Source: Ichthyobacteriaceae bacterium
GTDB lineage: Bacteria > Bacteroidota > Bacteroidia > Flavobacteriales > Ichthyobacteriaceae
Direction of reading: 5' to 3'
Assembly: GCA_965226285.1 (NCBI GenBank)
Contig: CBDDCQ010000001.1
Span: 119,916-183,915 of the forward strand
Length of the DNA stretch: 64,000 nucleotides
Shown: positions 29,301-38,231 of the stretch, in pieces
How the letters are laid out: each line of letters starts with the position of its first letter
How positions within the stretch are numbered: position 1 is the stretch's first letter
Translations under genes and position numbers: made by a program
The notes under the pieces: model-generated
Told to the model about the DNA's origin: nothing
Databases searched by the model: none
The model's input: the letters and a program-made list of their open reading frames with translations, nothing else

Positions 29301-31871
29301 AACCCCAACCTTTGGTTGTAAATTGCTTCAAAATTTGTATCTTTGCGGAGTATTCGCAACAAAAGTATAATCACGATAAAACAGGAGAAGGTTGTAAATT
29401 GCTTCAAAATTTGTATCTTTGCGGAGTATTCGCAACTATATAAAGCACTTGAAGTAAACGATGCAGTTGTAAATTGCTTCAAAATTTGTATCTTTGCGGA
29501 GTATTCGCAACAATGAGGAGAATAAGGGGGGCGAAAAGTGTGTTGTAAATTGCTTCAAAATTTGTATCTTTGCGGAGTATTCGCAACCATGGCAATGATT
29601 ATAACTCGTTCTTGTATGTTGTAAATTGCTTCAAAATTTGTATCTTTGCGGAGTATTCGCAACATTACTCTTCAATTCGTGTTTCTCATCTATGTTGTAA
29701 ATTGCTTCAAAATTTGTATCTTTGCGGAGTATTCGCAACACGGGATTATAAAAATATCTCGTAAAATGAGTTGTAAATTGCTTCAAAATTTGTATCTTTG
29801 CGGAGTATTCGCAACTCCTAACAGTATTAATATCAGGGAATTGTAGTTGTAAATTGCTTCAAAATTTGTATCTTTGCGGAGTATTCGCAACATACTGCCC
29901 AAATTAAAAATAGTGCGGTAAGTTGTAAATTGCTTCAAAATTTGTATCTTTGCGGAGTATTCGCAACAAAAATATGTATTTAATGATGAATACGGGGTTG
30001 TAAATTGCTTCAAAATTTGTATCTTTGCGGAGTATTCGCAACGAATACCGACCGTAAATAACTATTTCATAGTTGTAAATTGCTTCAAAATTTGTATCTT
30101 TGCGGAGTATTCGCAACTGCTTGATTACGATTACTGGTTTTCTCTAAGTTGTAAATTGCTTCAAAATTTGTATCTTTGCGGAGTATTCGCAACATTATAT
30201 GACATACCAGATAAGGTAACGTGTTGTAAATTGCTTCAAAATTTGTATCTTTGCGGAGTATTCGCAACATAATCGGGCAACTTTTGGGAAACCAGTGGAA
30301 GTTGTAAATTGCTTCAAAATTTGTATCTTTGCGGAGTATTCGCAACTACTTATTTTTAACAATGCAAGCTTTTTTATGGAGTTGTAAATTGCTTCAAAAT
30401 TTGTATCTTTGCGGAGTATTCGCAACTATTAGCGACAATTTGGCAAAATTGGTATGAGTTGTAAATTGCTTCAAAATTTGTATCTTTGCGGAGTATTCGC
30501 AACCTTCCTATAGATATATTCTTGAGTAACATGATGTTGTAAATTGCTTCAAAATTTGTATCTTTGCGGAGTATTCGCAACTTATATGTTAAATTTCAGG
30601 ACAAATATGAAGTTGTAAATTGCTTCAAAATTTGTATCTTTGCGGAGTATTCGCAACACGTTGAGTAAAATATATAAGTATGAGAAGTTGTAAATTGCTT
30701 CAAAATTTGTATCTTTGCGGAGTATTCGCAACTAAAGAGGACTGCAAATTAATTATAGGAAGTTGTAAATTGCTTCAAAATTTGTATCTTTGCGGAGTAT
30801 TCGCAACGAGCAGGAGCAGGAGCAGGAGCAGGAGGAGGTTGTAAATTGCTTCAAAATTTGTATCTTTGCGGAGTATTCGCAACAAGATGATTTTAAAATA
30901 GATAAACCAATAGGTTGTAAATTGCTTCAAAATTTGTATCTTTGCGGAGTATTCGCAACGAAGATACTATAATTACCATTTTGCTTGTTGAAGTTGTAAA
31001 TTGCTTCAAAATTTGTATCTTTGCGGAGTATTCGCAACTTGAATGAATTGAAGGATGGTCGTAAAGGGGTTGTAAATTGCTTCAAAATTTGTATCTTTGC
31101 GGAGTATTCGCAACAGATTGGATATTTAGGGTCCCCATTTTCAAGTTGTAAATTGCTTCAAAATTTGTATCTTTGCGGAGTATTCGCAACTAATGTTTTT
31201 TTTATTTACATGGGTCCATGGTTGTAAATTGCTTCAAAATTTGTATCTTTGCGGAGTATTCGCAACTGTACCTATTACTTTGATAAACTATTAATAGTTG
31301 TAAATTGCTTCAAAATTTGTATCTTTGCGGAGTATTCGCAACCATTATTATTAACGCTTTCAATAGTTTACAGTTGTAAATTGCTTCAAAATTTGTATCT
31401 TTGCGGAGTATTCGCAACTATTTAAGTTATAAGATGTTAATACTTTAGTTGTAAATTGCTTCAAAATTTGTATCTTTGCGGAGTATTCGCAACTTATCAT
31501 TTCTCGTCTTTGGATGTTATGAGTTGTAAATTGCTTCAAAATTTGTATCTTTGCGGAGTATTCGCAACTATATATCTTATATATAGGTACAGGGAGGGTT
31601 GTAAATTGCTTCAAAATTTGTATCTTTGCGGAGTATTCGCAACGAAGAAACCCCTAAACTACACCAATACTAGTTGTAAATTGCTTCAAAATTTGTATCT
31701 TTGCGGAGTATTCGCAACAAAGAGGGAAGTAGCAATCTTAACTGAAAGGGTTGTAAATTGCTTCAAAATTTGTATCTTTGCGGAGTATTCGCAACAAAAC
31801 TAAATCAACAGTAGTTTTACGGGAGGTTGTAAATTGCTTCAAAATTTGTATCTTTGCGGAGTATTCGCAAC
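23336..31871 (+). CRISPR. Type II-C CRISPR array, 112 repeats / 111 spacers
   Basis: The 46-nt repeat is GTTGTAAATTGCTTCAAAATTTGTATCTTTGCGGAGTATTCGCAAC. The hand count was checked arithmetically: 112 x 46 plus the summed spacers equals 8536 nt. Spacers are 28-38 nt with a mode of 30. The plus-strand sense is inferred from tracrRNA complementarity. Confidence 0.98.
23337..23366 (+). promoter_or_regulatory. Repeat-embedded promoter motif (example in repeat 1; present in every canonical repeat)
   Basis: Repeat positions 2-4 are TTG, followed by exactly 19 nt, then positions 24-31 TAtcTTTG. This matches the Bacteroidetes -33/-7 consensus. Confidence 0.45.
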
Positions 31872-31931
31872 AGATAGTGGTTTAAGTTTTTGATATTCAA
31901 TAGTTTAAAACTTGAATTACAATTATAGAAA

Positions 31932-31956
31932 ACAGCCTTTAAAGGCTGTTTTTTTA
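31932..31956. terminator. Hairpin terminator between the array and cas2
   Basis: ACAGCCTTT/AAAGGCTGT stem followed by a T7 run on the plus strand. A shorter T run follows on the minus strand, so it may act in both directions. Confidence 0.65.
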
Positions 31957-31970
31957 TTTAATTATTCCTT

Positions 31971-32327
<357 letters not shown>

Positions 32328-33215
32328 TTATATAAATTTTGGATATAGGATTTTTCTAGATACTCCTTTAAAGCATTCATACAGTGAATTTGTAGTTCTA
32401 CTAGAGGCTATCATCAGTGGACTCTGTTTATTTCCGATCATAACATCCATGGTAATAATTTGTAATAGATGTTTTTTATGTTCTATAGTAAGTTCTTCAT
32501 AATTTTGATTATCTACAAAATCACAAACCAATCTATCTACAAATGGACGGTAGGGTTCCATAATATCATCAGCTAAGCAATAGGCATTATATTTATTTTT
32601 ATGAAATATTCCCAATGTAGGAAGTAAACCACTACTCACTAAAGAACGAGCAATTAAAGCTCTAAGTATAGCATATCCATAGTTGAGTAAGCCATTGGGC
32701 ATTTCTTCATTTGGTCCTCTTATAAATTCCATTTTAAAGATTTGCTTCCAATAGTAAACAGCTGATCTGGCTTCTTGATTCTTAGGATCTCCACTGGTAA
32801 TTCTCTCTGCCCAATACAGCATATTGTCGTGAGGAATACCTCTTTGTTTTAGAAGTTCTGCTTGGTTTTTAATTTTTGCTACTACAGTTTGTTTCCATAA
32901 ATTTTTTTTAAGGGTTTTAGTAGCAGAGATTTGATATTTGAATCTTTCACTTTGTTCAGTATGCGCATCTAATGGCATAAGTAATCCAATAGGATGGTGA
33001 CTTGCGTCACAATTGATAAGGGCTACATTGTTTTGAGTGATTTTTTCTAATAGTTTATTGGTAATGGTAATTTGAGGATGTTCTAAAACAATAAAACCAA
33101 TATCTTCTATGGGGACTTGTTTTTTGACTCCATCATTGGGATAGTTTACTACTAATTGCTCATTTTGGGTACTCAAGTAAGCAGGGTTACCAAAAAATAA
33201 AGTCTTTTTTACCAT
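32328..33215 (-). CDS. cas1: CRISPR-associated endonuclease Cas1 (type II)
   Basis: 295 aa with typical type II Cas1 segments: LNYGYAILRA, LPTLGIFHKNKYNAYCLADDIMEPYRP. Confidence 0.96.
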   Translation of the reverse strand: MVKKTLFFGNPAYLSTQNEQLVVNYPNDGVKKQVPIEDIGFIVLEHPQITITNKLLEKITQNNVALINCDASHHPIGLLMPLDAHTEQSERFKYQISATKTLKKNLWKQTVVAKIKNQAELLKQRGIPHDNMLYWAERITSGDPKNQEARSAVYYWKQIFKMEFIRGPNEEMPNGLLNYGYAILRALIARSLVSSGLLPTLGIFHKNKYNAYCLADDIMEPYRPFVDRLVCDFVDNQNYEELTIEHKKHLLQIITMDVMIGNKQSPLMIASSRTTNSLYECFKGVSRKILYPKFI

Positions 33216-33276
33216 CTCTTTTTACTATGTTTTAGAGGCAAGTTCTTAGATAAAGATACAATATGATAAATACTAA

Positions 33277-36200
33277 TCAAACTTTTGATGACTCAGAGTA
33301 TTTCACATTTTTGTGATGGTTGTTTACTTCTACAATTTTTCCTAATCGGTTTATCCGTACCTTTATTGCTTTAGTTAAAGGATGTTTATCTTTGTTTTTT
33401 ATATTAGGCAGACTCTTTACTACATAATAACAAATTCCTTTTAAATCTTCATTAGTATGATGGTTTTTTCCACTAACTACTCTTTCTCTATCTACATTAG
33501 TTTCTAAGTGGCTTCTAAAATAGTAATCCTTAGAACTAATTTTTTGCACTCTAAATAAATGTTTGCTGATTTCTTGAAAATTATTAGGATCCGTAAGGTC
33601 AATCTCTTGGGGATTAAATTCATCGTTACCAAATATAAAATAGTCATTCTGAGCTATACTAAATAAAAACTTCCAACCCTTATCTCGATTTTTTATTTTA
33701 TCAATAATAGGTAAACCTTGTTTTTTTCTTTCTACAGTTTCCCAAAAACTTACTACTTCCTCCTGCCAATTTCCTTTTTCATCTTCATAAATTGCTATAT
33801 GTTGATTATTACGTGTTTGTACAAAGTCAGTCTGAATGATTTCTCCTTTGGTATTTTTCCTTTTGATAGGCTTGGCAGATGTAATTCCTGTTATAGAAAC
33901 TTTTTTAATTTGAATATTTTTTTCTTTGTTTAGGTAAATAGGGTTTTCTTCTAAGTTAGAGAGTGCTTTTTTCTTATCTCCATTGTACTGTTCAATTCTA
34001 TTTTGGAGGATTTTTTGGATGCCTTTATCTATTATTTTTTCAATCTTAAGGTCTGGTTTAACTTCTTTTCTAATGGTATAGATTTCTTTAAAAGTTACTA
34101 ATTTTACTTTTTCAGGAAGTGTCTTACCATTACAATCAAGGACAGGATTTTTAGTAAAGCTATTTTTACCCGAAAAGGCTTTTTTAAAGTTATTATTAAA
34201 TTCTTGTAATCTATTTATAAGGGCATTTTTATGCTTAAAGTTGGCTACAGAATTTATTTTATGTAAATCGAGTGTAGCATCTATTTTTTTTTGTTTAGTT
34301 TGATATCGTTTTATTTTTCTATACAAAGTATCTTTGTGTAAGGGACCTCTTGGAGTCAATACTACCTGTTTCTTAAACTTATTTTTATCTTTAATTTTAA
34401 TTTTATTAATATTTTTGGTTGCTGTTTTATTTTTAGCTTTAAATGATATTAACATATTTTCTAAAACTGATTTAGCTTCTCCTCTAAAATTTGGGAAGGG
34501 CTTCTTAAATCTTAGTTTATTTTTATGGTCTCGGTAAAGTTCTTTTTGTTCTATACCATAAATGCTACTAGTTTTGTTACTTTTGGCTTTCAAGTTATTT
34601 AAGTATTGTATATGGCTAGGTTTTGTAAATGCTACAATGAGTGCGTCCATAGCATGGTGTCTGTGGTCGTCTCGTTTTGCCCAGCCTTTTATTTTGTAAA
34701 TAGTATCTCCTTTTTCTCCTTTTTCAGTATTGGTAAGTCCTATCCTTTCATACTTGTCAAAATTAATTTCTTTCATAATATCTATCAATCCCCAGTCTTC
34801 TCTTAATCTATCAGTAACTTTTCCAGTAGTTGTATGCACTTTTTTACAAATATTACCTAATATTTGAATGGTTTTTTTAGCTATATACTGTGAATCTCTT
34901 AAGTCTCGTTCTATAAAATCTTCAGGTATTTCAGAAGATTTCATTCGTAATTTACTTCGTTTGGTTTTACTTATCAACTCTTTTTTATAAAATTCGTCAA
35001 CCCTATCTTTATACTGTTCAAACTCTGTTTCATTGTATTTATCTTTGAGAAAATCATAGGCAGTTTGGTCACTTTTATGCTGGTTTAATTTTCTTTCACA
35101 GAGTATTTTGTTAGAAAAAGAATCATCAAACAATTTTGCTGTAGGTATAATATGGTCAATATTGTATTTATTGGTAAATAGAGCGGATACTTTTATGGGT
35201 TTTCCTGTATAAATGGATATTCCTTTAGTCTCTTCCCAAAGTTTATAGCGAATAATATCATTTCGTGTAACCTTTTCAATCTTATATTCACTTTGTAATT
35301 TTTTTCTTATTTCTTCATTTTTTTTAGTAGCATCTCTAATATGAGCGATCATCTTTTTCCTATCTTCTTTACTCTGTTTAAGTTCTCTCGCAAGTTCTAC
35401 TCTTATTTCATCGGGCTTTCCGTATGTTTTTATAATTTCATTTACAGTGTTGATAGTTTGATTTAAGATTTTTTCTATTACAGGGGTTCTAAGCGCATTC
35501 TTGGGTAGTAAATCTAAAGTGTCTTTTATAGGTTTACTTTGTATTTGTTTTTTATTGAGCACGTGAGAATGATTGTATCCTGCTAATTGACATGCCTTAT
35601 CGTATGGGTATCCCTCTTTTAGATGAGGCAAAATTTTTCTAATAGCTCTAGCACTGAGATTCCCATAATCAGAATCTAACCTTATTTGAGTGAGTATTTT
35701 ACCATGAGATTTTTTAAATCCAAATTTTTCGTGAAGTTTTTGGATTAACTTTTCATTGTTTTCAATAGAATAAATGAGATGCCATAATTGAAAATAAGAT
35801 TGTTTATCAAAATCATTACCCCTTAGGTTACTATCAAAGTTTAAAACATCAGTATTGATATCTAAACTTTTAAATATTTTTGTTATAGTGTTTCTAATCT
35901 CATCAGCACTCATAGAGAAATCAAACTCATAGCCTTCTACATTTGAAATAGCTTGAAAAGCCTGATATAATAAATAATTTGTATGGTTTCCTTCTAAGTC
36001 TTCAAAGTTCAATTTCCAATTTCTCAGGTTGTATCCTAAAATTTTGAATATCTCTCTTTTAGAAAGACGGAATTTTAAATTGGCATGTTCAAAGAGAACT
36101 TGTTTAAGTTCCAAATCTAATTTTAGTTCTGTTTTATCTTTAACATTAGTAAAGGTGAGATCATTAATATTTTGCCAAATTTTAAATTCTTGAAATAGAG

Positions 36201-37566
36201 GAGAAGATTTGGAACATGCTTTATGGTGCTTTTCAAATTGACAGTCTGAAATAAGATGCTTACATGATTTTAAAGGTCTTTGATAAAAAATGATAGTATC
36301 TTTAATTTCTTTTTCTAATTTAGAATCTAGTTCATGATAGTGTTTCTTCTGTTCTTGCCAAATGGCATCGAATTCATTGATATAATCTTTTCGGTAGAAT
36401 ATTTGATTTCTTAGATTGGTATGTGGATTGCGTTCTATTTGTTCATATAAGTATTGCCCTATAGTTTTACCCTTAAAATGCAATTTTTTACTTCTATCAC
36501 TGATGATGCCTAAGTATTTACTCGCTTGATTGATTTGGCTATTAATTTCTATTAAAATGTAAGCTACTTGTGTAATGTCAAGTTGTTTGTTTAAAGCATC
36601 TGTACGGTAACTGTACTGTTGCAATTGTTTTTCATCACTTTTTCCTTTGGGTTCTGCAATATATTTTGTAGGTAAAATAATGTTTAGGCTGTTCTTAAAG
36701 AATTTCTCTATTTCATTTAATCTTACTTGTTGATTCTCAAAATAAGTTTCTTTGGCTTTGGCGGTTAAAATTTTGGGGTATTTATCTTTTAATTCCTCCC
36801 ATTTTTGAAGAGCGTTATTTTTAAATTCTTGTACAAAAATAGACCTAAAAGCACTCGCAGTTTGTGTCCTATTTAATCCGTATAAGTCTTTTTTGAGTTT
36901 ATCGGTCAATATATTGGGATAAAACTCTTGTTGAAAATCGAATATAATATCAAATTCCCTTTGCAGATCAGATTTATAAAATACAGGAACTTCATAAGTT
37001 TTCTTTTCTTTTTTTCGTTCCTGTATCTTTTGTAATACATATTGTCCTATGGTTATATTTTGATCTTTTAATATTTTAGCAATTTCAATATTATCTATAG
37101 CTTGTCCTAAATCTTCGGAATTATCTTTCTTTCTATTACTTTTATATCCTCGTTTCTTGTTAATTGAAAGTAGTACTCTTACAAAATCTACCTTAGATAA
37201 TTGCTCATTGGGGGCTTTAGCACGAAGTTTTAGTAATTGATGAGTAGTTTTTTTTCCTTCTTCTCTAAGTATGTGATCGTTATTTATAAAACCTATCTTT
37301 TTAAAGGTATTTATAATACGTTGCCTTCTTAATTTGTAACGGAAATTATTTCTTCTTGAACTTCTTTTTAAAGTTCTTTCAGCATTGATGGTAATGCTAT
37401 TGCCTTTTTCAAAGTTATTCTTTTCATCAATAGTAAGAGACACTACTCTTACACCACCATCAATAATTTTAGAATTTTCTCTATTTTCATGCTCTTCTAC
37501 AACTGACCATCCAATAGTAGTTGTTCCCAAATCTAATCCGAGTATTTTTTTATGCACACTATCCAT
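33277..37566 (-). CDS. cas9: Type II-C Cas9 (cas9-1, intact)
   Basis: 1429 aa. RuvC-I ILGLDLGTTTIGWSVV, RuvC-II IRVELARE, HNH YNIDHIIP...NKILCERKLNQHKSDQ, RuvC-III HHAMDALIVAF. No csn2 or cas4 is present in the locus. Confidence 0.97.
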   Translation of the reverse strand: MDSVHKKILGLDLGTTTIGWSVVEEHENRENSKIIDGGVRVVSLTIDEKNNFEKGNSITINAERTLKRSSRRNNFRYKLRRQRIINTFKKIGFINNDHILREEGKKTTHQLLKLRAKAPNEQLSKVDFVRVLLSINKKRGYKSNRKKDNSEDLGQAIDNIEIAKILKDQNITIGQYVLQKIQERKKEKKTYEVPVFYKSDLQREFDIIFDFQQEFYPNILTDKLKKDLYGLNRTQTASAFRSIFVQEFKNNALQKWEELKDKYPKILTAKAKETYFENQQVRLNEIEKFFKNSLNIILPTKYIAEPKGKSDEKQLQQYSYRTDALNKQLDITQVAYILIEINSQINQASKYLGIISDRSKKLHFKGKTIGQYLYEQIERNPHTNLRNQIFYRKDYINEFDAIWQEQKKHYHELDSKLEKEIKDTIIFYQRPLKSCKHLISDCQFEKHHKACSKSSPLFQEFKIWQNINDLTFTNVKDKTELKLDLELKQVLFEHANLKFRLSKREIFKILGYNLRNWKLNFEDLEGNHTNYLLYQAFQAISNVEGYEFDFSMSADEIRNTITKIFKSLDINTDVLNFDSNLRGNDFDKQSYFQLWHLIYSIENNEKLIQKLHEKFGFKKSHGKILTQIRLDSDYGNLSARAIRKILPHLKEGYPYDKACQLAGYNHSHVLNKKQIQSKPIKDTLDLLPKNALRTPVIEKILNQTINTVNEIIKTYGKPDEIRVELARELKQSKEDRKKMIAHIRDATKKNEEIRKKLQSEYKIEKVTRNDIIRYKLWEETKGISIYTGKPIKVSALFTNKYNIDHIIPTAKLFDDSFSNKILCERKLNQHKSDQTAYDFLKDKYNETEFEQYKDRVDEFYKKELISKTKRSKLRMKSSEIPEDFIERDLRDSQYIAKKTIQILGNICKKVHTTTGKVTDRLREDWGLIDIMKEINFDKYERIGLTNTEKGEKGDTIYKIKGWAKRDDHRHHAMDALIVAFTKPSHIQYLNNLKAKSNKTSSIYGIEQKELYRDHKNKLRFKKPFPNFRGEAKSVLENMLISFKAKNKTATKNINKIKIKDKNKFKKQVVLTPRGPLHKDTLYRKIKRYQTKQKKIDATLDLHKINSVANFKHKNALINRLQEFNNNFKKAFSGKNSFTKNPVLDCNGKTLPEKVKLVTFKEIYTIRKEVKPDLKIEKIIDKGIQKILQNRIEQYNGDKKKALSNLEENPIYLNKEKNIQIKKVSITGITSAKPIKRKNTKGEIIQTDFVQTRNNQHIAIYEDEKGNWQEEVVSFWETVERKKQGLPIIDKIKNRDKGWKFLFSIAQNDYFIFGNDEFNPQEIDLTDPNNFQEISKHLFRVQKISSKDYYFRSHLETNVDRERVVSGKNHHTNEDLKGICYYVVKSLPNIKNKDKHPLTKAIKVRINRLGKIVEVNNHHKNVKYSESSKV

Positions 37567-37579
37567 ATTATAGCAAAAT

Positions 37580-37666
37580 AATAAAAAAGCGACAAATGAA
37601 ATTTGCCGCTTTCAAATGTTTTCACAACGGAATAATCCTTATTGTGAATTGCTTCAAAATTTCAAC
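37580..37666 (-). ncRNA. tracrRNA copy A
   Basis: The minus-strand RNA is UUGAAAUUUUGAAGCAAUUCACAAUAAGGAUUAUUCCGUUGUG...GCGGCAAAUUUCAUUUGUCGCUUUUUU. Its 22-nt anti-repeat is complementary to repeat positions 1-22 (one mismatch, one GU pair). It has a nexus-like hairpin and a terminator hairpin plus U6. A -7 box TAtaTTTG lies at 37670-37677. Confidence 0.85.
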
Positions 37667-37716
37667 TTGCAAATATAGATTTATTTTTTCTTTTTTCGTG
37701 TTTTTTTTTCTTTTTT

Positions 37717-37822
37717 CAATAATTTCAGAATTTTCTCTATTTTCATGCTCTTCTACAACTGACCATCCAATAGTAGTTGTTCCCAAATCCAATCCGAGTA
37801 TTTTTTTATGCACACTATCCAT
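37717..37822 (-). pseudogene. Orphan cas9 N-terminal fragment (first ~35 codons)
   Basis: It encodes MDSVHKKILGLDLGTTTIGWSVVEEHENRENS, identical to the cas9-1 N-terminus, then runs into upstream-flank sequence. Confidence 0.9.
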
Positions 37823-37839
37823 ATTATAATAGCAAAATA

Positions 37840-37917
37840 ATAAAAAAGCGACAAATTTGCCGCTTTAAATGTTTTCACAACGGAATAATCCTTATTGTGA
37901 ATTGCTTCAAAATTTCA
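37840..37917 (-). ncRNA. tracrRNA copy B
   Basis: Same anti-repeat and nexus as copy A. The terminator loop is shortened (GCGGCAAAUUUGUCGC plus a U run). A -7 box lies at 37922-37929. Confidence 0.8.
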
Positions 37918-38196
37918 ATTGCAAATATAGATTTATTTTTTCTTTTTTCGTGTTTTTTGTTTCTTTTTTTAAGCCAATGTATCGTTTCTGTGCGGTGTTG
38001 AGCTTGGCAACATTGCAAATACGTTAATCCGTTTTGCCAGCCTCATTGCAAAAAAAGCATGTAATTCAATGTTTACGGGCGATCATAGTGTTTTTAGAAT
38101 ATTTTTTTTAGTATCTCTCATGCAAGTTCTATTAAAAATGAAACAGTTGATAGGGTAATTTTAGGAACTATCCCAATACTCATTTTATATCTCATA

Positions 38197-38231
38197 TTGG
38201 ATAATAGATACAGTAAATTAGAAACAATTAT
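38197..38231 (+). pseudogene. Fragment of cyoE (matches 43257-43291) at the duplication junction
   Basis: TTGGATAATAGATACAGTAAATTAGAAACAATTAT versus cyoE TTTGGGAATAGATACAGTAGATTGGAAACAATTAT. Hand alignment gives 30 of 35 identical. Confidence 0.6.

Larger units (their letters stand above)
37461..37972. repeat. 256-bp tandem duplication (2 units) covering the cas9-1 5' end, tracrRNA and its promoter
   Basis: 37461-37716 and 37717-37972 are near-identical. The offset between the two ATG-containing segments (37566 and 37822) is 256 nt. Confidence 0.9.

Noticed and set aside
23291-31803. Dozens of 60-115-aa ORFs on both strands with recurring peptides (MRSIRN..VVNCFKICIFAEYSQ, MRILRKDTNFEAIYN, CEYSAKIQILKQFTT).
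   Set aside because: They are translations of the 46-nt CRISPR repeat in different frames. Their periodicity equals the repeat-spacer unit, so they are not genes.
37521-38001. Plus-strand ORFs 37521-37829 and 37777-38001, and minus-strand ORF 37622-37822.
   Set aside because: They overlap the tracrRNA genes and the duplicated cas9 5' fragment. The plus-strand peptides are low-complexity antisense products. The minus-strand ORF is the orphan cas9 N-terminus running into flank sequence.
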